DNA from: Chara braunii
Taxonomy: Eukaryota; Plantae; Charophyceae
NCBI GenBank assembly: GCA_003427395.1
Contig: BFEA01000007.1
Coordinates: 5,739,498-5,802,103 of the forward strand
DNA length: 62,606 nucleotides
Direction: 5' to 3'
Shown: positions 37,253-49,882 of the stretch, piece after piece
Position numbering within the stretch: position 1 is the first letter of the stretch
Layout of the letters: each line of letters begins with the position of its first letter
Notes under the pieces: generated by a model
The model's input: the letters and a program-made list of their open reading frames with translations, nothing else
What the model was told of the DNA's origin: nothing
Databases searched by the model: none
Made by a program: the position numbers and the translations under genes

Positions 37253-38700
37253 ATGGAGGGAGCGAATAATAATCAATATGGGCAACACCAAGCTGGAGCA
37301 AGCATACCATATTCAGCAATTCTGATCGCGAACCCGGCTCCTCCAGGCGTTCCATATTACGCTGGAGGAACGGTTCACCCACCACCGGGTGTGCAAGTAC
37401 CATCTATGCCATTTGCCTCGACAGCAGCACCTGTTCAGTACCATCCTGCACTCAACCAGTGGAACTCGCAACCATGGGGTACACCTCATCAGCAGTCCGT
37501 GGCATGGCAAGGGAATGCACCTTGGACTGGGAATCCACCCCAGTTCGTAGTGGCTGCGCAAGCACCGGTTCAAACGCCTGTTCCGATGACATTGCCACAA
37601 CAGCCCCCTGCTGCACACACGAATCCTCAAGGGTTCCATGACGGTCATGGCGGTAGCTCCGCATCAAGTGGAGGAGGTAAAGGCCCGATGACTAATAATT
37701 TCCCTGGACCAGGAAATCAGGCCTACTTTACCAAGGAATACATGGAGATTTTGGAGAACATCAAGTCTAGTAAGGCCATTGAAGAAGCGAGGAAGAAGGT
37801 TGGAGTGCCACGGATCGGCAATGCGAAGCGGAGCAATTCCCGGGCTTCGGAGTCCCAAGATGAAGGGAGCAGAGATGACGCACGCTCATCAGAGAAGAGC
37901 AAGGACATGAAAGCTTGGGTTACCACTACACTTGGTGAATCACTGAAGCTCATAAATTAGAAATTGGAGGCAGTGGACAAGAAGTCGAAATTGGATACGG
38001 CGGAGCGTGATGAGTTGGAACGCCTGCGGAAGGAGGTACAAGGAGGCAAGGACAACAAGGAGCTCTCTAGTAGTGAGAAACGGAAGCGGGGTGTTGTTCG
38101 CACCCCAGTGGAGAACTCCCCATCCGCCGCTCGTGCAAAACCAAGGTCCAAAGGCAGCACGAAGACCAAGCCGAAGCGCATCGAACTCTCCGATGACGAA
38201 GGTCCCTCTGGTACCAAACAGAATCTGCAAGCTAAGCTGGAAAGCACAAGCAGTGAGCTGTCTGATATAAAACGAATGCTCGCGTCGCTGATGAGTGGCC
38301 TGCAAGATCCGAAAGGGAAGGCTAAATTCGTTGACCCTGGGACTACTAACGAATGCCCGGTTGGTACAGGCCCTGGCGCGACCGAAGTCGTACAGAACGC
38401 CCAAGCAGAGGGTGATGACGAAGACCCCAATGAGGACGGGTTTGCAGCGTACATGAAGGTGCAAGCCGAGTTCTACGGATCTCTTCACTACACACGAGTG
38501 CAGGAGCTATGTAAAGAACGTGAAGTCGAATAATTCAAGAAGGACGTTGCTGTGTGGGAGTTCGCTCGACAAGACCTGCAGGATTATGCTGACTCATTGA
38601 AAGAGGATCGGGGTGAGAAATCACGCCGGAAGGAGACTTCAGCTGAATCAGACCACGACGACGTCAAGGACGATCGTGACACTGTAAAGGGAAACTTAGC
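37253..38700 (+). pseudogene. Penelope-like element upstream ORF (Pro/Gln-rich, coiled-coil/basic; stops at about 37958 and 38531)
   Basis: ORFs 37253-37960, 37964-38533 and 38552 onward share one frame. Confidence 0.6.
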
Positions 38701-38879
38701 CTGGGTTGTATCAGATCTATTAGGCAGGCAATTAACCAGATTAGCAACACGAAGACTGCAAATCCTTCGCTGCTCTGCCTACTAGAACGCATTCAAGTAC
38801 TTCTTACTATCCTTGCTTGTCTAAAGGGATTTGTGCGATGGGGGCTAACGTGCGTCCACTTTTGGCTACGCCTAAACTG

Positions 38880-41541
38880 TGATGAATGGGATAGGTTGGT
38901 TGATGGTCGCAGTTGCGTTTATGTTCTACTTTCGGTAAACCATAAACTAGTGTATGTTGGCAAGACTGCTTGATCGCTTCGCGAACGATGGTCCGAACAC
39001 TGTCGCGCCGTACGTGGTAATAGTAAGCAGAAGGTTCACTCTTGGTTTCGAAAAATTGGTCTCGAATTGTACATCCCTATACCAATCTGGTTTGGGGATG
39101 AACCTGTGATCGAATGCATGGAGCAAGCCATTATAAAGAGTGTGAACCCTGGTTTGAATTCGCGAGGTACCGCGAAACGACGACAGCCACGTAGATCGCG
39201 CGGGAAGCGTACTCGTATGCCTTTAACCTCGGCCGATGTTTTGGAACCCTTAGTGTTCTCTTGTACGAATGTGGATGTGAAGAATGAACCTGATTTGCTT
39301 CATGTCCTAAAGACATTGGTTAAAAAGAAGGCTACAAAATTTGTGACCATAACTAACAACACAGGCGGGCGATGGATGAAAGCATGGCGTTTGGTGTCTC
39401 TGTTATTTGGGCACAGTAAGGTGAAATTTGATGATAAAAACTTGTTGCTCAAAGATGCTAAGTCTGCAATTGAAAGGGGTGGGAAATTGACTATCACCCA
39501 ACTCACTCAAACACAAACGATAAACGGACATTAAAAAAGCTGAGGTCATTTCACTTCTTCGGGCCCCTTGGAAAAGGAAAGACCTTGTCAAACGCAGCCT
39601 CATCGATATTCTCGAATTGGATGCCGCGGTCAAAAATATCAATCAAGCCCGAGGTCGACAAATAGTTCGTGGTATCTTAACGAATGTCTGTAAAAAGAAG
39701 TTTGGTATTAACCCCCGTGCTAAGATTGTTGCAAAAATTTCCTTTTGTACGACCATTGATAAAAAGAAGGTGGAAAGTTGTCTGAAGCTTTTGATTAGGG
39801 AGAACGTCCAACCTACTCCGCTAGCTGACCTGTATGCAAAAAAAACTCGTGCGGTTTGGTTGAAAGCCAAGTCGGTAGGAGATTTGTTGCATAACCATAA
39901 GCTTTTTGCACAACAAAACACCTTTGAGTGCATGTGCGAGAACTTCGACTTGCCCAAAATCAATGGACATGTCGCGGTCAAAATTAGCGAAGTAAGTGGC
40001 TTGGACCCATTCCTATCCAATGCTAAGAATAACCCTTTTTCCGGGACCACAGCATCTCGGGATAGCCTCAATCAAGCCTGCAATGAGGCATTGGATGTCA
40101 TCCGTAAGAAAGGTATAACTAATCAGTTTCGCATACCTCTTGGTTCGGTTACAAAAAAGGGTGAGGCAAAACCCTCTGGATGTATCCTTAGTGAGTATGT
40201 CACGGGATTGGTTTTGGGCCCGCTGGACCGTAACACCTGCAAAACCTGGATTGAGTGTCCCAAACGGTATGAAACAGGACTACAATTAATGTTTCTAAAT
40301 AATTCGAATTATAAAATTATGGACTCTTAAAAAAGTCGTATCTTGTGTGACACTCGAACCAAATATATCGAGCAAGGCTTGGGACAGATCGCAAAATGGG
40401 ACGGGCGGGGAAAACTGCAGTATGCCTATATTATGGCCAAGGAAAATGACAAAGAAAAAAAGAGACCTATCGTCCCTTCATTTCAAAGCCCTTTTCGTAC
40501 TGCGTCTGATGTCCTATCCCTGACCTTGAACTGTTTGATTCCTAAGGTTAAGGTACCGCATTTTAACCTCAGATCGTCGGGAGACCTTCCACAAACGATT
40601 GTCGGTATCAATAAGAAAGACGGACCTATGTCTAAGTGTGAAGTTATTGCCCCCACGTATGACATAAAAGAAATGTTTACCCAACTACCCCATGAGGCTA
40701 TTTATCGCGCAGTACAATGGATTACTGAGTGTTTCGTGCAAAAAGGTATACGCCGGATCCGACTCAACACAAGAAAAAAACTGACTACCTTTGGGAAATC
40801 CCATGGTGAGACCGGATGGAAATCTGTCTGACTCACCTCCTTGATTTCCCTTACTCAATTGCTGTTGGAGCACACTGTATTCTTGGTTCTAATGCCACCC
40901 TACGCCAAAAGAAAGGCATTCCGATGGGCGGGAGGGCAAGTCCGTCATTAGCCTGTGTGATGTGCATGTACTCTGAGTACAACTTTATCTCGACTTTAGG
41001 CACCGACGCTAAGTTCATCTCTGGAAAAAGGTATGTCGACGATCTGTTGTTTTTTTCATTCTTTGATAAAAACAATTCCGCAGGAATGGAGATTGCAAAT
41101 AACCGTTTTGACAAAATCATGCATTGCTATCCTAAGGAACTAAGTTTGGAAAGAACTGATTCCGGCTCAGGTATCCTCGACTTTCTGGAAACACGGATGA
41201 TTGTGGCCGATGATGATAAAACCGTGATCATGGCTCACAAATTTAAAAACCGGGAGTCAATTTGGGGACCGGGTGACCTACAGTTTCAGACCTATAAGCA
41301 CCCTGCTTCTTTTGGGCCAAAAACTGCCAAATTTGCTACTGTAGCAAACACCATCCTCCGACTCTCTGAGAACTGTAGTGATATGGGTATGACCTGTCTC
41401 AGCGTACACGCACTGGCAGTTGAAATCAGCAAACTTGGGTATGACAACAATATCGTCCTATCTGGACTCAGATGGATGCAACGACGCGATGGTAATAACC
41501 CCTTTTGGGCCCAGATGCAGGAGGTAGTGAAAAACATCTGA
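38880..41541 (+). pseudogene. GIY-YIG endonuclease plus PLE reverse transcriptase, frameshifted
   Basis: SCVYVLLS..LVYVGKTA*SLRERWSEH..EQAIIK..LN; KRPIV, YDIKEMFTQLPH, QKKGIPMGGRASPSLA, RYVDDLL, LDFLE. Confidence 0.9.
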
Positions 41542-43699
41542 GCTATAGGTGACTTCCCGCAATGGTTGTAACTCTGCGGGGCGATCTACAGACGGGGACT
41601 GGCGTAGTACCGATCTGGACTCCATGCATTTTCAACCTTCAGTTTTTCCCGGCTACATGTCCGGCGTAGTACCGATGCGAAGAAAGTAGGAAGCTAACCT
41701 ACTTCGGATATTTAAAGTCGTATTACACAGTAGGTATCCTCAATCTGAGTGTATTGAGTTGAAGGGTTGAGTTTCCGTAACTCTGTTATGGAAAGGTGGA
41801 GGGGAAGATGTTGTACACCGCGATATTAATGCTCAAGGCATCTTCTTCTACTTTTGGGTCCATTGTGTTTAATCTTTCTCCTGGATGTGCACAATCCCAC
41901 ATGGTACTTGCTGACCGGACGAAGTGCAACTTGGGACTGGGTACCGCTGACAAGGCTAGGTAGGACTAGGACTGCCCTTCTACTGACTGTGCTAGGACTG
42001 TCCCTCACTGACTCAGCCGCAGACTGACTCCTAAGACCTACGGTTCAAAACCTCACGACCGTACTACATATAGTAGCCGAACATACGACTTTCAGAAAAT
42101 AGGTTGCGGGTTCCAACACAGGGGGCAACGGGTATTGTACACGGGTAGGGGGATAGGTCTAGGGGTCGAGCCCTGGGTGCTCTGTCACCGTAATAGGTGA
42201 AAACCCTTTCAATAGTGTTGAAACCTTGATAAAATGGTCTTATAATATTATGCTATTGGTTGACCAAATGTAAATTTTAGGGTTTCATGTGATCCTTGGG
42301 GGTTGACTTAACTATACAATGGGGTAGTTCATGACACATAATGGTTGAAGAATAGGTCGTTGGGGCTTATGGCGACTACCAATCACCCAAAGCTGCTTGT
42401 AAAAAGGTTATTGGACAGACCGACAAAGGGTCAGGGCTTCAGGTGACGAGCTTAACCGTCCAACAAATAAACCAAGAACAATAATATTAGAAAGGGTAGA
42501 AGTACAAAGTCACCTACCTCCTAGAAATAGGTTGGCCCCCTCTTTTAGCAAATGACTCTATCTACGTCAGTATGCCTATGTACGTCGATGATGGTTTCAC
42601 ATACGTTTGGTTTACCTTCGGACAGATATCGGTCATACAAAGTAGATCTCCTTATGACAAAATCGTTTACTCACACCCTTTTAACATTTTCCTTTTACCC
42701 GCTCTACAATGTAACATTTTAGAGAAAGGCTCAGGCACTAGAGAATCCAATGTACCCATTTATATTCATAAACACATGCACACATACATACATATATGTA
42801 CATTTATGTATTGTAGTGGATAATTTAAACTGCTAGTACCTCCGAGCCTGTTTTTGTCGAGCTTGAATTTCACTGCACTCCGAGTTTTGCCGAGTCTGGG
42901 TCCCACTCCATTTTTTTTCGGTACTCTCACGGAAAAGGGGGGGGGGGGAAGTTGCGGCCATGAAACTCACAAAAGAAGAAAAAAAATAAAAGAAACAAAT
43001 CGTTACCCGTGATTGTAGTCGTATACATTATTGGAAGTGGTAGTGTGAGTGTGCCCTAAATGAGGGTATCTCAGCCTCATGGTCATGTTGTCAGATTCCA
43101 AAAAGACAAAAGAAGAAAAACAAAAATGGGAATACGGATTTGGTCATGAAAATGCCTGAACACATTCCTCTAAGTGTCAGTGTGATCAGGGATACAATCC
43201 TATGAGGAAACACAACTTGACCAAATCATGGATTCAAACCTGCTTCATTGGCAGGGGATTAATAAGAAATACAAGAAAGAGAGGAAAAACAATAAAATTC
43301 AAAATGTGACCGTGTTAGCTGTAAGATTCATTTTGTGGAGGAAGACTATGAGCACCGCCTCCTAGACCACCCTGCCCGACATCATTGCAGTAGAGAAAGC
43401 ATTTTTTTTCTCATTCACGTACATACAATATAAGACTATGATTCATTTGACTTGTCGGCCCCTGGGTCCCACCCCCGAATTCTTCAAGAACGGGCCTTTT
43501 GACGTAATTTTCCAACACTGGCAGAGGTATTAGTAGTTTAATCAGGTTTGTTTCACATTAACTCAGTTCAAAGTCTACTGGGACCTTATTTCTCACTTAA
43601 CAACATGCAAACAATATACAAGACATACTTGCAACACAAGCAAATCATGCAACATGCATTCGCGGCGTTAACTATTTTTTCAACAATCGAAATATAGAT

Positions 43700-43809
43700 T
43701 GCAGTTGGGGTATACCCCCAGTGGACTGACAACACTGGACTGGACTGGATTGGACTGGACTAAACTGGATTGGACTGGTACTAACAGTGGTACCGGGCAG
43801 GACCTTACA
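43700..43809. repeat. LTR fragment related to the element C LTR, with (CTGGA)n expansion
   Basis: tggggtatacccc(c)ag(t/c)ggactgac..ctggactgga..cag(t/a)ggtaccgg resembles 54957-55027; ends cttaca. Confidence 0.55.
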
Positions 43810-44689
43810 AGACTGAATATCATTGTAGCCGGTGAGATTAAGCCAACGGCGAGCCAAGTCCTTGTAAACGCACTACCTCGTTGTCAGTGCGAATATCCTT
43901 ACAAGGGTATCCGCCCTGTTTTTTTGCAATTGACAGAAAATAGGTTTGGTTTAAAGTTTGGGTAGCGTTTGTGTCTGTTGTTTACGTTGACTGAATGGTC
44001 GACTAGACCAAAGAGTGTGTGAGTGCACAAATTGAAGACGCACGTGATCTCTCTTCTTATTGATAATTGTAAAGCCGGCGTGGTCGCCGGACAAGTTTTT
44101 TCTGATTAAACTAAGGGTTAAAAAAATAATTTTCTTTGATTGGTACGCTTGACCGTGACATGTGCGTGTGTGCGAAGAATAGGCCGTCGTGTGATAAGCA
44201 CGAGGCTTGACAAACTTGGACTTTGTGGGTAACCAAGGCACAACCTTGGGACTTTTCAGTAGGTTCGCACGTGGCGAAGTACCGACTTATATAGGTGTCC
44301 GCTACTACTAGGCTCAACCTTGGGCCTAGCACTATTGGTTACAGTGTCGGACTTTCAATAGGGAGATTTAGGGATCGAGACTCGCGGACGATGACGCAAG
44401 ATCATCGGAGCGACACGAAGGAAACCAACGGGTTGAAGGCCTGACGAGACCCTCCCTATGGTTTTGCGGTCCACGGAGTTGTGCGTCGAAGACCGAGACA
44501 GTATTAGTGAGCCCCTCATTTTCCTTCCCCTCACCGTGCAATTTCTGTTTCGTAATAGTTATTCTACTTATTATTATTATTATTTTCCTTTGCTTCGTCG
44601 TTCCTCGACTCAAGCACAACACCTGATGTAGAGGTCAATCATGGCGTTCGAGGGCCTTGAGCGAGTGCCTCCTTTGTTTGGCCTACGGG

Positions 44690-44960
44690 TTCCTGCGTGC
44701 TTGGGATACTGACAAAATTTTCCTACCCTTCCCATCTTAAAATACAGACCGAGGGGGATTAACGTACATGCGAGTCGGCGGATAAATAACCCACGAGCCG
44801 GAAGGGACTTGAGTGCCGAAGACTTTTGTGGGAGCACTGTCAAACCCCGCAACCTATCATGGGAAGCTTAAGCATTGGCATGCCTAGTGAGGCCCAAGGA
44901 AAGCGGGCTGCGTCTGGGCGAAACGGCCAGATCACTTTGAAGGAGTTTGCACCGATACCC
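44690..44960 (+). pseudogene. Degenerate 28S (LSU) rRNA fragment, copy 1
   Basis: cccatcttaaaatacagaccgagggggattaacgtacatgcgagtcggcgg resembles conserved CCCGTCTTGAAACACGGACCAAGGAGTCTAACATGTATGCGAGTC; weaker match continues to aggagtttgcaccgatac. Confidence 0.7.
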
Positions 44961-45257
44961 CGCTCAGACTGCGCACATAGGATCTTTCTCCACTTTCGTC
45001 TTCAAAAGTTCTTATTTGAATTTTGCTACTACCATTAGGGTCTGCGTCGGGACCCCCCTCACGTAGGCTTATGGCTTAGGCTTTGAAGCGGGCCCGCACC
45101 CTCCCACTCTTTGAGGAGCCAGAATAACTACGGCAGCCAGGTGTAGGCTGCACTTCTCAGCGGGTTCAAATAGTGATCTCCGGCCTGCTGCCTGTGTCAA
45201 CTGAACACCCGTTGTGGTGTCTGGGCTAGTATACATCTCATGTCAACGGGGGAGGGG

Positions 45258-45370
45258 TGCTAGTGGAGAATTGCAGTGACACAAACGTGCAAAACGTCAG
45301 TCAAACTTGAGTATAGGGGCGAAAGACTATTCGAACCGACTACCTAGTGGCCCGTTCCGACATTTCCCCC
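45258..45370 (+). pseudogene. Degenerate 28S rRNA fragment, copy 2
   Basis: acgtgcaaaacgtcagtcaaacttgagtataggggcgaaagactattcgaacc resembles ACGTGCAAATCGTTCGTC..CTTGGGTATAGGGGCGAAAGACTAATCGAACC. Confidence 0.85.
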
Positions 45371-45399
45371 CCTGTGGTGACCGGGTGCAACCTTCACAG

Positions 45400-45510
45400 A
45401 CGGAGAGGCCACAACAGTAATGACGTGCAAATCGCTCGTCGGATACGGGGTATAGGAGCGGAAAACTTACCAGACGTCTGATATCCTCCTTTGAAAGTTC
45501 CGAAGGATAA
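45400..45510 (+). pseudogene. Degenerate 28S rRNA fragment, copy 3 (same segment as copy 2)
   Basis: tgacgtgcaaatcgctcgtcggatacggggtataggagcggaaaac...gaaagttccgaaggata. Confidence 0.75.
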
Positions 45511-47002
45511 TATGCTGCCTATCGCTACGAGGCGGGGACGATTAGCCACTCTACCTGGGCGTAGCGCTGGTTGGAGGCAGCGGGGACAAAGAGAGGAAAA
45601 ACCGGAGAGACGGAGGCGAGCAAGAAGGAAGGGAGAAAATGAACCTGGACGTAGGCCGTGCCAGGTACGTACAACATTGAAGGTAGTAGAATGTGGGTAT
45701 GGTGGAAAGGAAATCGCATAGTTCACTCGATATTTCACAAAATCAAGTGGGTGAAAGCTCGAAGTGGGGATTTTTGAGGTAGGTGGACCCAAACCCGTTG
45801 TAAGTTTGAGTAACAGGCTAGTAGGAAGGAAGGTTAGAAGAAAAACGAGTGCGCCGGGATATGGAGGCACCGAGGAAGAAGAAGAAGGAAACGGTCATAT
45901 CGCAGTCATTTCTCAACAGATGCGAGGGAGGGAAGAACCTACATAGGGGTTTTAATCTTGGGCGAACCCGAATTCGAGATCAGTTTTAGTAGTACGTTAG
46001 TGAGTTAGGAGTTGGTAGAGAGAACGTGTCAGGATGTGGAGCTATGGTGGCATGCAGAAATGAGTTTTTATTAGTTATTCGATGAAAATGAGCGAAGGGA
46101 GATAGTGGATAGGGGTTTTCTCACAAGGCGATTTAAGTTGTTGTACTAGATTGAGGGGATAAGGGAGGAGTCTTGAGGTAGGATAGTAATCGGTTGCGCG
46201 AAGATAGAGGGCGGAGAGCGGATACGTACTCTTCCACATTTTGGTGGAAGGTTCACTTTCGGGTTACCAATGTTGTTAACCGGTCGTGACCTCCACTCCT
46301 GCTAGTCGTTGCGTGTCGGGATTGCGACTTATTTATCCAACGATTGTTATCATCCTCAAGTTTGGGTTGACTCCTCGGACTGTCTTCCGATCGAAGAACT
46401 TCGCCTCGGTTCGATGAAACTCGACGTGGCAGATAGCGAGGGAACATCTGGTGAACAGAGGGCAGGGTACCGGCCGGGACGAGTGTCGTAGAGAGAGCGG
46501 GGGAGTTGAGGACTCACTTGCCTGATTGAGAGTGGCCGCATCACCCTCCATGTGGATCAGCCCGTTGTAGGCGTAGTCAAAACGGACGTGGGGCTGGTCG
46601 GTGTATCTTCCCTTGTTCTGGCGGAGGGTCCATTTTCATCTCTGCACAACACGCGAGTGGTGCGGTCTGGTCCGTTGCTGCGATATGTAACTCGTCATCG
46701 CATGGTCGTAGCAACGTCCTTCTCTCAAACCACAGTAGTCGAAAAAGTGGTCTTCATCGTCGTATTCATCTGCATTTGCCCGCAACGTGCAGTTGAAGCT
46801 AGTTTCAAAATGGGAGTTCCGTTTGGCTTAGCAGTAGAGGCAAGTGTATGCCCTCGTTTGACATTTGAGCCGCTACTTGGGCCTTTTATTGAGGTCACAT
46901 TAACATATTCTTGCCTGTCGGGATAACTCCGACTGTCGAGCTCCTTGTATGTTGAACGAAGGCCTTGCACTATTTATGGCCAATGTGCACGGGCACTTCG
47001 TT

Positions 47003-47172
47003 GCTGAGTACAGGACTACTGACTGCTGCTCTAGCAAAGGCTCAGGACTGAAGCCACGAAGGCCACTAGTTATCAGTCGCTGTTGTGGTTGAGTACAGGA
47101 CTACTGGCTGCTGCTGTAGCAAAGGCTCAAGACGGAAGCCACGAAGGCCACTAGTTATCAGTCGCTGTTGTG
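47003..47172. repeat. Tandem duplication, 2 x 85 bp
   Basis: tgagtacaggactact..gccacgaaggccactagttatcagtcgctgttgtg twice. Confidence 0.9.
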
Positions 47173-47277
47173 ACAGCGGTGCTGTGCGGATCGCTGCTGG
47201 CTGTCTTCTACGACAATGTTTTTTTGTCCTGTTTAGAAGAGGTTGCGTTTGCGCGAGAGTTATTACGGCCTCTCGCG

Positions 47278-49842
47278 CTATTTTGTCAGTGAAGTGTGTT
47301 TGTCTTTCCATAATGCTAGCCTTTCCAATGGAGGTTTGGATATCCATTCATTGTTAGTTGATGGTCTGTCGTTTGCTGTCAAGGAGACTCCCAAAACTCT
47401 AATTGGGGCCTCCAAGGGTGTCCACTTAACCCTTGGCTGCTCCGCAGGTCTTACTCCTTGATGGTGGATCCACCATCCAAGAGTTTTATTTCCCCAGTTA
47501 ATTCTCATGTCGGATAGGGTACAAAATCTGTCCATCATGTGCTGGACCTCTTCCATAGATTCTCGGGTTGCGTCTACCATTAGAGTGAGGTCATCAACAA
47601 ACATTGAGCAAACCGGAATGACTTCTTTGGGGATCGAGGACACTTGTATTATTTAGATATCTTTGTGGGTTCTTAAATTTGCCGCAAGCGCCTCCATAAC
47701 TATAACAAAAAGAAATGGGGCCAGCATGTCTCCTTGTCTCACAGACCTTTGCAGATTGATCGGTGGCGCCAGGTTGTCGTTGACCATGACTCTAGTTGTC
47801 ACATTTTTATGCAGGATTTCCACCCAATGTTTAAAGTGTGGTCCAAAGTTGAGTTTTTCCAGACATTTGTCTCGGAACGTCCAGTCCACGTGGTCATAGG
47901 CCTTTTCAAAATCGATGAAGATGATTGCAGCGTTCGTTTTAGATTGCCTTGTTAACTTGATCACCTCATTGATTAGAAGGATATTGTCCTGGATGTTCCT
48001 TCCTTCGATAAAACCAGTTTGGTCTGGGTGGATGATATCTCTCATAACCCTGGTCATCTGATTTGCCACAGCTTTCGCCACCATCTTGTAGACCGTTGTA
48101 AGGAGTGTGATCGGTCTGTAGTTCCTTATATTCGTTATGACCCTTTTTTTATATAGAAATGTTAGGACCCCTTGACCTACGAATTCCCCGGTTCGGCCCG
48201 TCTCCCACACCGCCCGAAAGAAATTCGTCAAGTCTTGCGAGATATTAGCCCACATTACCTCCTAGAATTCTTTCGGCAGTCCATCAATGCCCAGGGTTTT
48301 GTCTTCTTCCATGAGCATCAGTGCTGTCTATATTTTTTCTTTGGTGAGAGGTTTTTCTAGGAGTTCCTTTTGTTGGTGTGTTAGTGCTCTGGTGAGGGGG
48401 CACAAGAACTCGTCAATTTCCTTCAGTCGCTGTGTTTCTGGCCGGATCCCACACTCAGATGTAAACAGTTGTTGGTAGAAGTCCCTTGCTATTTTTGTGC
48501 AGGCCGTTGTTGAAGTAATCAGCGGACCTTGGTGGACATTAGGGTCATCCAGGGCTTCTATAGTTGATCGTCCAAGTTTTGTTCTGGCCATTGCGAAGAA
48601 TCTCGTGTCTATAGCTCTTTCTATATTGTGCTTATGAAGTTTTCCTCGAATCCTAATGCCTTGCCATCAGTGTTCCATGTTTTCCAGGATTCGAGTTTCC
48701 AATGTCTGGATCTCGTTGGCCAATTCTATTAGCCGTGTGGTATCGATCGTATCGTCTTCTTGGCGTTGGAGGTGTTCCAATCGGTGTTGGAGGTCGACCT
48801 CCTCTGCGTAGCGTTGCGCTGCGAGGAGTTTTGAGTACTCATTGCACTTGCGGCCCAGAAAAACCAGGCCATTGTTGAACCATAGTATGTTGTCCTGTAT
48901 CTGATCCCTTTGCTGGCGCCAGAAGACCCAGACTTCTTTCAGGTAGGTTTGAAAACGGTCTATAGTCAGCAATGATGTGTTAAGTTTACAGAACCCCCTC
49001 CCTTGGTCCGACTTCTTCCAAAATGAAAAGATGGCAAGACACATTGCATGGTCCAGGCCGGGGTGGGGGCTACGGGGGAATATTTCTACAATTTGCAGAG
49101 CCCCTTGCATCACTTCCGAGATTAAGATTAGATCTATGCGTGATTTAGATAACTTCTCCGTCTGACTCTTGTGAAAACATGTAAACTTGTGTGTGGTAGG
49201 GAATGTCTGCCTGTATGTGTCGATGAGGTGGAGGGTTTGGGTCAGATCTGCCATGATTCTCTCATCATTCTCCAAAAGGACAGGGTGATGGAATCCTCCA
49301 TTGATCCAGCCATCGGTCGGGGGCAACATTAAAGTCCCCTGCTAGAATCACCGGAATGTCTGTCAGGAGTTTTGTTTTTAATGCTTCGACGAAGGTTTGT
49401 CGTTCCTTGGGGTCATTTGGGCCATAGACATTCAATCCGGCATGGCGAGTATGTATACCCATCTCCCATTCTCTCGATCTGCCTCCCAGTTGAGCATTTA
49501 TACTCTCGATCCTAGGGGCACCATATGGCCACTCCTCCACTGCCTGGTTTTGGGGTGTGGGCACGGTATGCCTGGTATGGCCAGATTTCGTTATGCACAT
49601 GGTTGTGTTCGGGGCTGTCTGCCATGTGGGTTTCCTGTAGACATATCACATCCAGCCAGTTTCCTCCCTTCCACCCCTCTCAAAAGTTTCATGATTGCCC
49701 ATCGCTTAGCCTGCTTTGCAGATGCTAATCCATTGACATTCAACGAGCGCAGGTCCAGGTCAGTTATCCTCTTACCAAGTTTCCATTGTTTGTCCTTATT
49801 GTATAGTGTATCTATCACATTTATTTCCTTCATCATTTCCAT
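47278..49842 (-). pseudogene. LINE ORF2 (APE endonuclease plus RT)
   Basis: SLNVNGL, NVYGPND, ILAGDFNV, SRIDLILIS, LDH; NYRPITLL, QTGFIEGR, IDFEKAYD, SVRQGDMLAPFLF, MFVDD. Confidence 0.93.
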
Positions 49843-49882
49843 TCACCGTTCCTTGGGAGATTTTCCTACATATATATATTTT

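Larger units (their letters stand above)
36513..41880 (+). mobile_element. Penelope-like retroelement with GIY-YIG upstream of RT and 92-bp terminal direct repeats
   Basis: Direct repeats at 36513-36604 and 41789-41880; interrupts the host LTR sequence cttgg|gatgtgcac; GIY-YIG and PLE-type RT motifs. Confidence 0.88.
12075..42200 (-). mobile_element. Element B: degenerate Ty3/gypsy chromovirus hosting element A and the Penelope-like element in its LTRs
   Basis: Homologous LTRs begin tgcaatcagacttgtcttcaact at 12075 and 36069; tRNA-iMet PBS at 36057-36067; gag-PR-RT-RH-IN-chromodomain remnants at 28677-33904; outer boundary approximate and no TSD resolved. Confidence 0.8.

Noticed and set aside
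41773-41806. Twister ribozyme in the PLE 3' region (ttccgTAActctg...gtggaggggaa)
   Set aside because: Only the outer motifs resemble twister; the essential P4 stem-loop and pseudoknot bases are missing.
43320-43809. Complete solo LTR TGTAAG...CTTACA
   Set aside because: The flanks (ttagc / agact) do not form a TSD, so only the right-hand LTR-like fragment is reported.
44441-44480. Hammerhead ribozyme (ctgacga gacc...ggtc)
   Set aside because: No GAAA follows the putative stem II.
47003-47172. CRISPR-like array (also the repeats at 11692-11791)
   Set aside because: Plain tandem duplications without unique spacers, in a eukaryotic context with no cas genes.
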